Below are positions 34,553 through 44,637 of a stretch of DNA of 64,000 bases, one piece after another; within the stretch, counting starts at the first letter, position 1; each line of letters opens with the position of its first letter. Below the pieces are notes generated by a model, which worked only from the letters and a program-made list of their open reading frames with translations, did no database searches and was not told where the DNA came from. Location of the stretch: positions 372,001 to 436,000 of the IMG/VR virus record IMGVR_UViG_3300023179_000009. One strand, written 5' to 3'. The position numbers and the translations under genes were made by a program.

Positions 34553-36841
34553 ATGATTCCTTATAGTTCCCTATATCCAAATGAATTTGATTCAGACAGT
34601 AATTTATTTTTAGTTCATGATTCTTTAAGAGGAATTCTTATAAACGATTACAACCCAGGGGATAAATCAATACAAGTTGATATGATTCCAGATGTTGCCA
34701 ATAGCATTCCCCCGACAGGTTTGATCACCCTTACAGAACAATGCTCTGACGTTGATGAACGTGCTGTTTCTTTTTTTTACAACACATGGGATTTTGACAC
34801 ACAAACATTCTCAGATTTAGAAATACTACCAACATTTGTTGATGTGCTTAAGCCTAAAAAAATCACAAACGTAACAGTGAACGTTATGGCTATGCATCAC
34901 AATCATTTAAAAAACGCCTTAATAGAAATTCAAAAATTTTGTGGAGTAAAAGGCACCGAGGATTTGGAACCCTTTGGTCCAACTTTAGAAGGAAGAATAA
35001 ATTTTTTAAGAAGATTGGTGCTGCAACCCAAAGCTTGGTTCACATCAAACATAAGAACCGGAAACGTTCCGCTAGAAGTCGAATTTAAAAATATGAGTTT
35101 TAGGCTGGGAACAGATGGTACCGCTGATGAGGTGAAAATTACTTGGGATTTTGGCGACCAAACGACTTCAATAATATCGGACATTTCACTTATAAGTGCG
35201 GACAGCGTTACCCCAAATAGCAACGTCAATGTTATAGTTCGTGATACAGATGGCGGCGTTATTAAAAAAACTTATTACCAGCCGGGATTGTACGATGTCA
35301 AACTAACTGTGGAGAATAATTTTGGAAAAGATGTTTGTGTTTTTGAAGATTTTATCAATGCACGTGTTAAGGCACCAGATGTTGCTGTTTTAAGATTTGT
35401 TGAGGATTCTTCTACTCAAACATCTGAGGCTGGCGTTCCTCCGAATGGACCTTTTGAAACTTTTCCAAAGATAAGATCTCCTGTTAATACTTTGATCAAT
35501 ATTGAGATAGAAAATGGAGAAAACTTTTTAGGAAATCCTGGTTTTAGTTATGGTGGCGAAAAACTAAATGAATCCGGCGCAGCCATTGATCCTATAGTTT
35601 CTTGGAGTTGGCAATTAGGAGATGACTTAACTCATCCAAATTCCCCTGTTACTAAAGCCTCTTATAGTGTTGGCGGCATATATGATTGTAAATTACGTGT
35701 TGATACCAAATTTGGGGCATACAGAATATCAAATTATGAAAACGTAATAGATGTTGTAGAAAATACAAATTTGTGGCTTTGGACCGTCCAGGACAACTTA
35801 GCTCGTGCTTATGAATATGGATTAATAAGTGAAACTTATAAATTAACGAGCAATCCAACTCTAAGTGTTTTAAGAAATCATTCGTTTTTAGATCAACACG
35901 AAGAGAATATTAGACACAAAATGAAATTCGAATTTCTTAGAAATAATGGATTTGCTCCAAGAGGCACAACGAGATCGGGTCAAAAAGGAACCTGCCTGCT
36001 GTATTGGGCAGGGGGAAGAAATTTGTCTCAACCTTCCAGCGTTGAGGAAATTAAGGTCACAGAGTTTGAGGGATTTACTGGAATTTACATATCTCGAAAT
36101 TCGATAATGAGATCTTGGAATTGGGCAAACTTAAACTCTGCCAATAAGTCTTATTTCATTTTTGGGACAAATCCTAATAATCTACCTCAATCCTCCCCGA
36201 CAAATGAAACTAAAGTTGAATTTGATTTATTAAATTTAACTTCTGCCAATTCGACAATAGAGCCTTCGATGTATTTAAATGGCGCTCAAGAACTCGGGCA
36301 AAACGTATCAATCTATGATTCTTTGGGAGAATCTGTTTATGGCGACTATAGCGTTTATAAAACGACTTGGAAAGACAATACTGGTTACATAGCAAGAAAT
36401 GATGGTGTGGGGCCTTTCTTTAGAATAAAAAGTTTCTATAGAACAGAGGGTAGCCTAGGAGAGCCGGTTAGTTTCTTGAGAAAACTTCAAGATATACAAG
36501 GCCCAACAAAAACAGAGGGGCAATTAACAAATTTAAGTTCAGGCGTTTATTTTCTAAATAACTCTGGCTCAGTGTCTAAGTTTGATCCAAACACAAGTGC
36601 CTGGACAAGCGGTGGGCCTGGAGTCAATTCGTTATTGTATAGAAATTTACAAGACACATCAGTCGTCGGTTTTGATCAGGACGCAAACTCTTTGTTGCTT
36701 GCATCAGATAGCGATAAGCGTGCTTATTTAAGTTTTGATTACAGTCCGAATGCATTTATAAAATTTAGCGAAATAGATCTTACTTTCTCTAGTTTGGGCA
36801 GCAGACCGAGTGGGGAGCAGTGGATCATGGGAGTGTTTTAA
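34553..36841 (+). CDS. PKD-domain virion/fibre protein 2
   Basis: GNVPLEVEF, TWDFGD, YYQPGLYDVKLTV, WSWQLGD; N-terminal AMHHN module; beta-rich C-terminus. Confidence 0.8.
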   Translation: MIPYSSLYPNEFDSDSNLFLVHDSLRGILINDYNPGDKSIQVDMIPDVANSIPPTGLITLTEQCSDVDERAVSFFYNTWDFDTQTFSDLEILPTFVDVLKPKKITNVTVNVMAMHHNHLKNALIEIQKFCGVKGTEDLEPFGPTLEGRINFLRRLVLQPKAWFTSNIRTGNVPLEVEFKNMSFRLGTDGTADEVKITWDFGDQTTSIISDISLISADSVTPNSNVNVIVRDTDGGVIKKTYYQPGLYDVKLTVENNFGKDVCVFEDFINARVKAPDVAVLRFVEDSSTQTSEAGVPPNGPFETFPKIRSPVNTLINIEIENGENFLGNPGFSYGGEKLNESGAAIDPIVSWSWQLGDDLTHPNSPVTKASYSVGGIYDCKLRVDTKFGAYRISNYENVIDVVENTNLWLWTVQDNLARAYEYGLISETYKLTSNPTLSVLRNHSFLDQHEENIRHKMKFEFLRNNGFAPRGTTRSGQKGTCLLYWAGGRNLSQPSSVEEIKVTEFEGFTGIYISRNSIMRSWNWANLNSANKSYFIFGTNPNNLPQSSPTNETKVEFDLLNLTSANSTIEPSMYLNGAQELGQNVSIYDSLGESVYGDYSVYKTTWKDNTGYIARNDGVGPFFRIKSFYRTEGSLGEPVSFLRKLQDIQGPTKTEGQLTNLSSGVYFLNNSGSVSKFDPNTSAWTSGGPGVNSLLYRNLQDTSVVGFDQDANSLLLASDSDKRAYLSFDYSPNAFIKFSEIDLTFSSLGSRPSGEQWIMGVF

Positions 36842-38694
36842 TGGCTTTTCCTCCAGTACCTGTTTATCCGAAGGCAATAGACAGCGACTATACGTTGTAC
36901 CTTGTTTTTGACACAACCGAAACCAGACTGTCTGTGGATAATGTTGCTTGGTCTCAAGAAATTGAAATAGTTCCTGTAGAGCCAGAGAAACCAGAGATAT
37001 GGGCAGACAATGGCTTTGCCAACATAGATGGGGAGTTGCTTTATTATGACTCAGTTGAGCGAAACTCTTATGGAAAAATTAATAAATTAAAAAATTGTGA
37101 ACGCAATTTAGGTGGAGAAAAAACAAAATTTAATAAAAAAGGAATTTGGATTAGAAGTTATGTTGTTGCCGAGCATCATAATCAATTAGTTTCTTGTGTT
37201 TTAAAAACACAAAATTTTATAGGTTACAATTTTGACCCTCGAAGAGAAACCCTTGATTGGAGAATTAGAAATTTACAAGCCTTAGAGGTAATATTCGATG
37301 ACTTTAACTGTCCTGATATAAATTTTACTTGGAATATCATAGAAAACAACCCAGTGACAGGTATTTTGGCTGAGTATTTGATAGAAATATCTCCGCCGGG
37401 AACAGTAGGTGATTTTAGATTAGATTTTGGCGATGGGAATTTTACAACTACAGAATTGTCGGGGCAACACAGATATCCGGTGAACGCAAGAGTAGATCCT
37501 GTTATACGTGTTTCCAACGAAAAGTGTCAAATTATACAAACACCAATTGAGAGAGACAATCCAGCAGAGCCGCCACCGGATGACACTCCCACTTTTGAAG
37601 TTGAAATACCAGAATTTCCAGATATTCCAGATTTTACATTTGTTCCTTGTGATGTTCCAGAGGCCGACATCAATGTTCCGCCTCTTGTTGTTCCGTGTAT
37701 ATCTATCGAGGGACAAGTTGGGCCTTTACCCTCTGTGATTATAACTGAGGGCTTGAATGTTCCGAGTATAATCACGGCGACAGGATTAACAGGTGTGCCT
37801 AGCACAATTACTGTGACAGGAGTAACAATCCCCAGTGTTATAGTTGTGGATACTCCTCCTATTCCGCCCACAATTATAATTGAACCTCCTATTCCTCCAA
37901 CAATTGTTATAGTTCCTCCGCAATCTAATATCGCTATTGATGTTGACTTCACTGAGATGCCAAGACTAGCAGTTGATTGGGGAACGCCTCCAGAGATGGA
38001 AGTCGCCATGACTTTTGCTCGTGAAGTAAAAATACCTGAAAGGTTTGCGGCAGATGAGAAGTTAATGGCAGATTTTGGTGAAGAATTTGCTGATTTGTTT
38101 GAAACCAAACAGACAATGAAAATCGAATATGAACCTGTTGGCATACCATCAGAGATACGAGTTATTTTACCAGAGGACACTAGTTTAAAACTTGATACAA
38201 GTGATTTAGACAATAAAAAAATTCAAATAGATGCAACCTCAGTTGATTTGCCCGAAAGTATTCAAATTCATGGCCCCGATAGTCCTATACCCGATTCCAT
38301 AGTTTTCGATGCTTCTGACTTCGTTCAAGCTATAGAAAGACTGCAATCATCGCCTCCAATAAAGTTGGACGCATCAGGCATACCGAAATCAATTAAGATT
38401 GATTTGGAAAAAGAAATTCCAAAAACAATAGTGGTCGAAATGCCAAACCCAATACCTGAAAAGATTGTTGTTGAAAGCCAAATACCTGATAGAATTATAT
38501 TAGAAGGTCCAGAGGGCATACCCTTAATCTTGCCAGATGAATTTGTTTTACCAGTCAAATTTCCAGACAAGATGCCTGAAGTCGAACTGGTCTGGAAGGG
38601 TAGTCCGATTGAAGTTAAGGTTACTTTGGATGAAGTTTTAGATAAAGAAGCGGATGGAAGAAACTGTGTTATGATAGTTCCTTGCAAGAAGTAA
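36841..38694 (+). CDS. PKD-like virion/fibre protein 3 with Pro/Ile/Val-rich repeats
   Basis: AEHHN module, LDFGDG, many [ILV]P-x-x-I repeats; TAATG-coupled to the previous gene. Confidence 0.75.
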   Translation: MAFPPVPVYPKAIDSDYTLYLVFDTTETRLSVDNVAWSQEIEIVPVEPEKPEIWADNGFANIDGELLYYDSVERNSYGKINKLKNCERNLGGEKTKFNKKGIWIRSYVVAEHHNQLVSCVLKTQNFIGYNFDPRRETLDWRIRNLQALEVIFDDFNCPDINFTWNIIENNPVTGILAEYLIEISPPGTVGDFRLDFGDGNFTTTELSGQHRYPVNARVDPVIRVSNEKCQIIQTPIERDNPAEPPPDDTPTFEVEIPEFPDIPDFTFVPCDVPEADINVPPLVVPCISIEGQVGPLPSVIITEGLNVPSIITATGLTGVPSTITVTGVTIPSVIVVDTPPIPPTIIIEPPIPPTIVIVPPQSNIAIDVDFTEMPRLAVDWGTPPEMEVAMTFAREVKIPERFAADEKLMADFGEEFADLFETKQTMKIEYEPVGIPSEIRVILPEDTSLKLDTSDLDNKKIQIDATSVDLPESIQIHGPDSPIPDSIVFDASDFVQAIERLQSSPPIKLDASGIPKSIKIDLEKEIPKTIVVEMPNPIPEKIVVESQIPDRIILEGPEGIPLILPDEFVLPVKFPDKMPEVELVWKGSPIEVKVTLDEVLDKEADGRNCVMIVPCKK

Positions 38695-38698
38695 AATT

Positions 38699-39556
38699 AT
38701 GTATATTAAAAAACACGATAGTGGAAATGAGTATATCTACGCCGGGGATGTTTGGGTTAGAAATTTTACCAAAAAAAAAGTATCCCCATTACAGATAACT
38801 AGTTTGTTTTCTCAAAGTGACTTTAGAAGTGTAATAGAGAACCAACAATTAAATTTAAATTTTCCCAAAATATCCGATGAAGTGTTGCAATTTGATAAAG
38901 TGGTAATAGTGTCTGATGGTTTTAAATTTGAAGAAAAACAATCTATTTTATCCAATTTACCAAAAGATGTTTGTATTCTTGCAACAAATGGAGCATTGAA
39001 TAAGTGGAAACTATTCAAAAAAGATATTGATGATGATAAAAAAAGATCAATAAACGCTTATGTTGTAAACAATCCTTTCAAAGAATGTTTTAATTATCTA
39101 CCTCCTCAAAATTCAAAATATTACCCTGTGTGTGTTGCCTCTTTAAGAACAAATCATGAGTTTTTAAAAAAATATTTAGGTGACGTTTATACTTATTGTC
39201 CAACTTCCGAAGCTGGATTTGGAATCCATGCTGCTGAGCAGTATTTTATAGATGATTATAGAAATCCAATATGTGCTTGTATAAACTTAGCTTACCAGTT
39301 CGGTGTTAAAAAATTAATGTTGTTTTGTTGTGATGACTCTTTTGAAAAATCAAGAGAACAAGCGATCCAGTTGCCGAATAAACTTTGGACTTATTCTTCG
39401 CTTTTAAGATCTCAAGATATAATTGATGCAAATTTATATTGGTTAAAAAATCAAGAAAATGAAGAAATTCAAATCGTAGACCACTCTAGCGGTGCAGATT
39501 ATAAGTATGCAACATATATACATGAAAAGGATATAACATCCTTTTTCAATGACTAA
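38699..39556 (+). CDS. DUF115/MptE/Maf-like Rossmann-fold protein
   Basis: VVIVSDG, ILATNGAL, ACINLAYQFGVKKLMLFCCD pattern. Confidence 0.5.
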   Translation: MYIKKHDSGNEYIYAGDVWVRNFTKKKVSPLQITSLFSQSDFRSVIENQQLNLNFPKISDEVLQFDKVVIVSDGFKFEEKQSILSNLPKDVCILATNGALNKWKLFKKDIDDDKKRSINAYVVNNPFKECFNYLPPQNSKYYPVCVASLRTNHEFLKKYLGDVYTYCPTSEAGFGIHAAEQYFIDDYRNPICACINLAYQFGVKKLMLFCCDDSFEKSREQAIQLPNKLWTYSSLLRSQDIIDANLYWLKNQENEEIQIVDHSSGADYKYATYIHEKDITSFFND

Positions 39557-39570
39557 TCGGAGGGATTCTG

Positions 39571-39891
39571 ATGAAAAATAAACCAATATCTTTAAACGAG
39601 TTCAAGACTTGGTTTGAAAACCAAAAAGATTTAAAAAATATTTTTAGTTTAAATCGAGACAAAATTAAAGATAACGAAAATGAAAAATTTGTTGGGTATC
39701 ATTGCGAAAGTAAAGTAAGCGAGAAAAAATTAAAAGAAAAAATAAAAACCGACGAAGACGTAGAGGGTTTAATTCGTGAGTTTTTAGAGAGTGGTGGAGT
39801 TATTACCGCTGTAGATGAAAAAAGATTTTCCATAGAAACGGACAGCGGTAGTTTTACCCTTCCTATATTTTGTGTAAAAGTTAAAAAGTAA
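39571..39891 (+). CDS. hypothetical protein
   Basis: GGAGG RBS; 106 aa. Confidence 0.7.
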   Translation: MKNKPISLNEFKTWFENQKDLKNIFSLNRDKIKDNENEKFVGYHCESKVSEKKLKEKIKTDEDVEGLIREFLESGGVITAVDEKRFSIETDSGSFTLPIFCVKVKK

Positions 39892-39928
39892 AAAAATAAA
39901 ATTACTCTTAAAAAATAACAAGCCTAGT

Positions 39929-40300
39929 TTAGAAACTGGGCTTGTTTTGTTTTTTGATCATGGTTCTTAAAGTTTTAAAAGATTTTTTAAAACTTGTATT
40001 AAAATTGTTGTGTTCAAAAGACTCAACCAAAGGATTAAAAACAGCGGGGAGATCTGTGTATCCTCTTCCTCTTAGTCTTGTTTTTAACTCATCAAAATTG
40101 TTGCAAGTTTCAATCCATAAATCATAAAGTATTTTGTTTTCTTGAATAATTTGATTTATTTTTTTTTCCGCAAAAACAGGGAGATTTAAGTCTTTAATAT
40201 CGCTAATTTTTGAAGTAACAATTGACTCACTCAAAATTGTTGTTATGACCTTTATTCCCCTTTTGTTCCTGTTTGCCAAATATAAATAAAGCTTCTTCAT
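39929..40300 (-). CDS. hypothetical protein
   Basis: 123-aa ORF filling the gap. Confidence 0.6.
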   Translation of the reverse strand: MKKLYLYLANRNKRGIKVITTILSESIVTSKISDIKDLNLPVFAEKKINQIIQENKILYDLWIETCNNFDELKTRLRGRGYTDLPAVFNPLVESFEHNNFNTSFKKSFKTLRTMIKKQNKPSF

Positions 40301-40421
40301 TCATTAAACCTTTAAATAAAATTTCTAAAAAAATTTTTGCATGTTCATCTTTTCCCCATAGATCAAAAAAATCTACGAGTTCTCTATTAACATAGTCAAT
40401 TTTTTCTTTATCTTTACTCAT
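40227..40421 (-). CDS. hypothetical small protein
   Basis: 64-aa ORF overlapping the next minus-strand gene. Confidence 0.35.
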   Translation of the reverse strand: MSKDKEKIDYVNRELVDFFDLWGKDEHAKIFLEILFKGLMNEEALFIFGKQEQKGNKGHNNNFE

Positions 40422-40432
40422 TTTTTATAGTT

Positions 40433-41035
40433 ATGATTGGTTTAACTGAATATTCTGCGTTGAAGAACGATATTTGTTTGATTTATAATGGTTGGTGTGA
40501 CGAGTATCTTTTACAATTAGATATTTTAAAGCCATTTATTGAAAAACAAAAAAATATCTCAATATTTATATCATGCCGAAATGATAAAAAAATATTATTT
40601 CCCGACAAGGATTATTTTGTGCCATCATCCGATTTAGGCAATTATAAATTTGGTTTTACTTATGAAATTACTTTTGATGGACAAAATCACCCAATTGACA
40701 ATTTCTTAAAACTATTATCAATTGATAAAATAGAAAACAAAAAAATTGAAAAAGATTCAATTACAAATCTTTGTGTTTTATTAACAAAAGGAAACTATCC
40801 AACAAAAAACTTAAATAGTGACCAAATTAATTTTTTAAATAAAATAGCCAAACAAAAAGGATATGATGTCGTTGTCGATCAAAGTATTTTCAATGCTGGG
40901 TTGGTTATGGGTGTAGAAAGTTTTGATTTATTCAAGGCTGCTAGTCTTGGAATTGAGACTTGCTTATTCGATACAGGGCTGGGTTTGAATCTCTTTAAAA
41001 AAATGTTTCCTTATTTTGAAACAATTAGTTTATAA
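40433..41035 (+). CDS. GT9-like fold protein, possibly degenerate
   Basis: YPTKNL..DQI and AGLVMGVESFDLFKAASLGIET resemble the GT9 C-terminal motif but lack its D..H. Confidence 0.4.
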   Translation: MIGLTEYSALKNDICLIYNGWCDEYLLQLDILKPFIEKQKNISIFISCRNDKKILFPDKDYFVPSSDLGNYKFGFTYEITFDGQNHPIDNFLKLLSIDKIENKKIEKDSITNLCVLLTKGNYPTKNLNSDQINFLNKIAKQKGYDVVVDQSIFNAGLVMGVESFDLFKAASLGIETCLFDTGLGLNLFKKMFPYFETISL

Positions 41036-41067
41036 AATAATATATATTATATCACAAAAGAGGCACC

Positions 41068-41634
41068 ATGTCTGTATTTAAGGTAAAATTAAACAACGGA
41101 ACTCAAGGAAAATTAGATGTAAATCCCGATACAGGGACAGCTTTTGGCGTTTCCAAACAAAGACAAATTTATGTGGCTGGCCCCAATAGAAAAATAAGGA
41201 TATTGAGCGATGGCGATGTCTTCACCGATTGCAACTATTGGAAAAGATTCACAAAAGAGTTCATGGGCGAAGAAAATGCTTTTATAGAGATAGTCAGCGA
41301 TGACGGCTCTGTTTATAGCGAAAATTCAGCGGAAAACACCTACTCGGTTGGGAACACTTTAAGCGTAACAACGTCTTTTTCTGCAACTGCTATTGATTTT
41401 ATGGATCTTTATGGTTCTCCAGCAAGGTTCTTAATGGTTCAAAATATAGATAATTCAACACCCGTAACCGGCGAATTAAATGGAAATTCTGGAGTTACAT
41501 TTATTGTCGGCCCTGGCGAGACAATGATGTTCAATCAGGGTGACGTTGTTATTACTAAATTAAGATTAAAAAGTGACTCAGGAAATCCTAGTGTTACATA
41601 TATCGCATCGGTCAGGAGTGACTGCAAAACTTGA
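41068..41634 (+). CDS. hypothetical protein, possibly virion-associated
   Basis: GAGG RBS; beta-rich 188 aa. Confidence 0.7.
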   Translation: MSVFKVKLNNGTQGKLDVNPDTGTAFGVSKQRQIYVAGPNRKIRILSDGDVFTDCNYWKRFTKEFMGEENAFIEIVSDDGSVYSENSAENTYSVGNTLSVTTSFSATAIDFMDLYGSPARFLMVQNIDNSTPVTGELNGNSGVTFIVGPGETMMFNQGDVVITKLRLKSDSGNPSVTYIASVRSDCKT

Positions 41635-41649
41635 TTTAGAAAGTTTTCA

Positions 41650-42627
41650 ATGGGGATTGTAAAAAAAAATATTAAAAATTTAAGACCAGAGAAGTTTAAG
41701 AAGAAATCTAATTTATTAAATTATTTAGAAAATAGAAATAAAATATTAATAATAAGAAGTGTTGGTGGATTGGGCGACATACTCATGCATCGAATGATGT
41801 TTGAAGATTTTAAAAATTTATCTCAAGATTTAGAAGTTCATTTTTGTTGCCCCAGTTATTATCACGACGCAATAAAAGATCACCCTTTTATTGATAAAAT
41901 TTTGGATTGTCAACAAGTTAACAAAAATGATTATGTAATTCATTATAACACATCAACTGTTTGCGGCAGAACAGAGATGGATAATTTGCCTAATAAATCG
42001 CCTCATAGAAGTGATATTTGGGCAAATTATTGTGGGGTTGAGTTAAAAAATCATGACATGCATATAAACTTGAGCGATTGGGAAAAAAACATTGCTTATG
42101 ATTTGCTAAAGTCAATCAATAAAAAATCAATCAAAAGCGTTGCAATATGCCCAATCTCAGCCATGGTGAACAAAAATTTATTGCCAAATCAAGTTTGTTT
42201 TTTAGTAGATTTCTTGAAAAAACAAAATTTGTTTCCTTTTTGTTTGCATCATAAAATTATAGATTATTGTGAAAAAAATAGAATTCCATCGATAATAGAA
42301 CCAAGAATTAGAATTTGGATGGCTATTTTGCAACAAGTTGATTATGTCATAAGTGTAGACACTGCTGCTTTTCATTGTGCTGGAGGGTTAAAAAAGCCCC
42401 TAACGGGGATTTTTAGTTTCATAGACGGAAAAGTATATGGAAAATATTTTGATTTTGTTCTGCTTCAAAAACACAAAGAAGATGACACAAATTGGACTTG
42501 CGGCCCTTGTTATGATTGGTGCAAGTGCCCAAAAACTTCTCTTAGTCCAAAGCCCTGCATAACAGATATTTCTGAAGAAATGTTAACTGGAGCAGTAAAT
42601 AGGATGCTAGAAAAATGGCCGTTATAA
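41650..42627 (+). CDS. GT9 family (heptosyltransferase-like) glycosyltransferase
   Basis: KILIIRSVGGLGDILM, HPFID, VISVDTAAFHCAGGLKKP, C-terminal CGPC...C...PC. Confidence 0.82.
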   Translation: MGIVKKNIKNLRPEKFKKKSNLLNYLENRNKILIIRSVGGLGDILMHRMMFEDFKNLSQDLEVHFCCPSYYHDAIKDHPFIDKILDCQQVNKNDYVIHYNTSTVCGRTEMDNLPNKSPHRSDIWANYCGVELKNHDMHINLSDWEKNIAYDLLKSINKKSIKSVAICPISAMVNKNLLPNQVCFLVDFLKKQNLFPFCLHHKIIDYCEKNRIPSIIEPRIRIWMAILQQVDYVISVDTAAFHCAGGLKKPLTGIFSFIDGKVYGKYFDFVLLQKHKEDDTNWTCGPCYDWCKCPKTSLSPKPCITDISEEMLTGAVNRMLEKWPL

Positions 42628-42649
42628 ACTATATTAAATAAGGGTTGTT

Positions 42650-42862
42650 ATGCCTCAACTCATAAAACCGAGCACAAAAGTAAAAATTATTCCTAAAGAT
42701 GGAGAGATTGAGATTACTCTTAATATAAACATAAATCTTGATGGAAAAGTTTCTGCTATTGCGGACAATGCTGATGTTTTGGTTGATGAAGAAGAAAAAG
42801 TTCCTCATATTATTCCGGATTTTTCTTCGGGTTTAAAATTAAATTTTGGGAAAAATGCATGA
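42650..42862 (+). CDS. small hypothetical protein
   Basis: 70 aa; preceded by an ACTATATTA box. Confidence 0.6.
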   Translation: MPQLIKPSTKVKIIPKDGEIEITLNININLDGKVSAIADNADVLVDEEEKVPHIIPDFSSGLKLNFGKNA

Positions 42863-43626
42863 TTGGAATTTACGCAATAAAAAATAAATTTAATAACAAA
42901 CTTTATATCGGACAGAGCGTGTCGATTAAATGTAGATGGATGAATCACAGATCAGATTTGGCCACGGGTAGGCATCCAAATAAACATTTGCTAAAATCTT
43001 ATAAGAAATATGGAGAAGATTGTTTTGAATTTTTGATTTTAGAAAATTGTTTAAAAAGAGATTTGGGGAAAAAAGAAGAAGAGTGGATAAAAAAATTTCC
43101 TAAAAAACAACTATACAATATAAACTATAACATTGTAGATTTAAATGGAGAAAAAAATCCTTTTTTTGGTAAAAAGCACAAAAAAGAATCCAAAAAGAAA
43201 ATGTCAATTTGGAAAAAACAAAATTATATAGGTGCTAAAAATCCTAATTTTGGCAAAAAATGGACAAAAGAACAAAAAACCAAAAATGTTTTAAAAAATT
43301 CAAACACCAAATTAAAAAAAACTGATGTTCTGGAAATTAAAAAATTATTAATAGATGGCAAATTAGAAGATAAAGAAATTGCTAAAAAATTTAAAATTGG
43401 AAGATCCGTGGTAACAAGAATTTCTAACGGAACAAGGTGGTCCCATGTAACAGGGGGAAGAGTAATAAAAAAAGAAAGGAGAGGTTTAAGGAACATAGGT
43501 GTTAAGAGGTCAGAGAAAACAAAACAAAAAATCAGAAATTCTATTTTGGGCATCAAAAGATCTGAAGAAACAAAACGCAAAATAAGTTTATCTAAACAAA
43601 AAAAGAAGGAGAAAAAATGTCAATAG
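42859..43626 (+). mobile_element. free-standing GIY-YIG homing endonuclease with NUMOD3 repeats
   Basis: GIYAIKN..YIGQS..RW..H, NPFFGKKH and RSEETKRKIS repeats; overlaps both neighbours. Confidence 0.92.
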
Positions 43627-44630
43627 GAGCGGATGTCGGGACTTACAATCTGGTTTGCTGTAAAAGAAATGACAATGGGGATTTTGTTTACAAACGTGAA
43701 GTGAATGCTTTTTTGTCAATGCCTCTTGATAATGATTTTGTTTTTAACATGATGAAGCAGGCTGGCGTTCCACTTATTCACAGGGAAGACGCAAACATAG
43801 CATACGCTCTTGGCGAAGCAGCCGTTAATATGGCCTACACAATGACTCAATTAGAATTAAAAAGACCAATGAAAGATGGTTGTGTTAATCCGAAAGAACA
43901 AGATGCTTTTCAAATTATGAATATTATGATCCACAATCTTTTGGATGAAATAAAGCACGATAAGGAAGTGCTAGTTTACTGTGTTCCCGCAAATGCTATA
44001 AACGAACAAACTGATGCTGATTATCATCAAAAGATTGTTGAAGCAATATTTAAAGCATACAAGTCAGAGAAAGGTTTTACCGTAGATGCGAGACCAATAA
44101 ATGAAGCAATGGCTCTTGTTTATGCCGAACTAAAGGACAAGATGTTCACTGGAATTGGGGTTTCATGCGGAGCAGGCTTAGTTAATGTTGCATTCAGTCT
44201 TTTTGGTGCTCCTGTTTTCAGTTTTGCTCTCGCCAATTCGGGGGATTGGATAGACAAACAAGCCGCTTTGGCAACAGGCGAGACGATAGCCTTTATTAAT
44301 AAAACAAAAACAAAAATAGACTTAGACAAAGAACCCGCCAATTTAGTGGAACGTGCAATAATCACTCAATATCAATTAATGATTGAAAAAACAGTGGGTG
44401 GTATCAAAAAAGGTCTGGAAAATAATAAAGAAAAAAATGCAAAGTTAGATGCACCTGTTGATTTTGTTCTTGCTGGGGGAACGTCTTCTCCTCCAGGTTT
44501 TGCGAAAATGTTTGAAAAACTTTTAAGACAAACAAAACTTCCGATAGAAATAGGCCGTGTTATTCATCCAAGCGACCCATTATTTAGTGTTGCTCGTGGT
44601 TGCTTGGTGGCCGCTGAAAATATAAAGTAA
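43617..44630 (+). CDS. actin-like ATPase (volactin-like / MreB superfamily)
   Basis: phosphate-1 IGADVGT, RPMKDG, INEAMA, phosphate-2 GVSCGAG, adenosine LAGGTS, connect-2 PLFSVARG. Confidence 0.88.
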   Translation: MSIGADVGTYNLVCCKRNDNGDFVYKREVNAFLSMPLDNDFVFNMMKQAGVPLIHREDANIAYALGEAAVNMAYTMTQLELKRPMKDGCVNPKEQDAFQIMNIMIHNLLDEIKHDKEVLVYCVPANAINEQTDADYHQKIVEAIFKAYKSEKGFTVDARPINEAMALVYAELKDKMFTGIGVSCGAGLVNVAFSLFGAPVFSFALANSGDWIDKQAALATGETIAFINKTKTKIDLDKEPANLVERAIITQYQLMIEKTVGGIKKGLENNKEKNAKLDAPVDFVLAGGTSSPPGFAKMFEKLLRQTKLPIEIGRVIHPSDPLFSVARGCLVAAENIK

Positions 44631-44637
44631 AGGTAAA

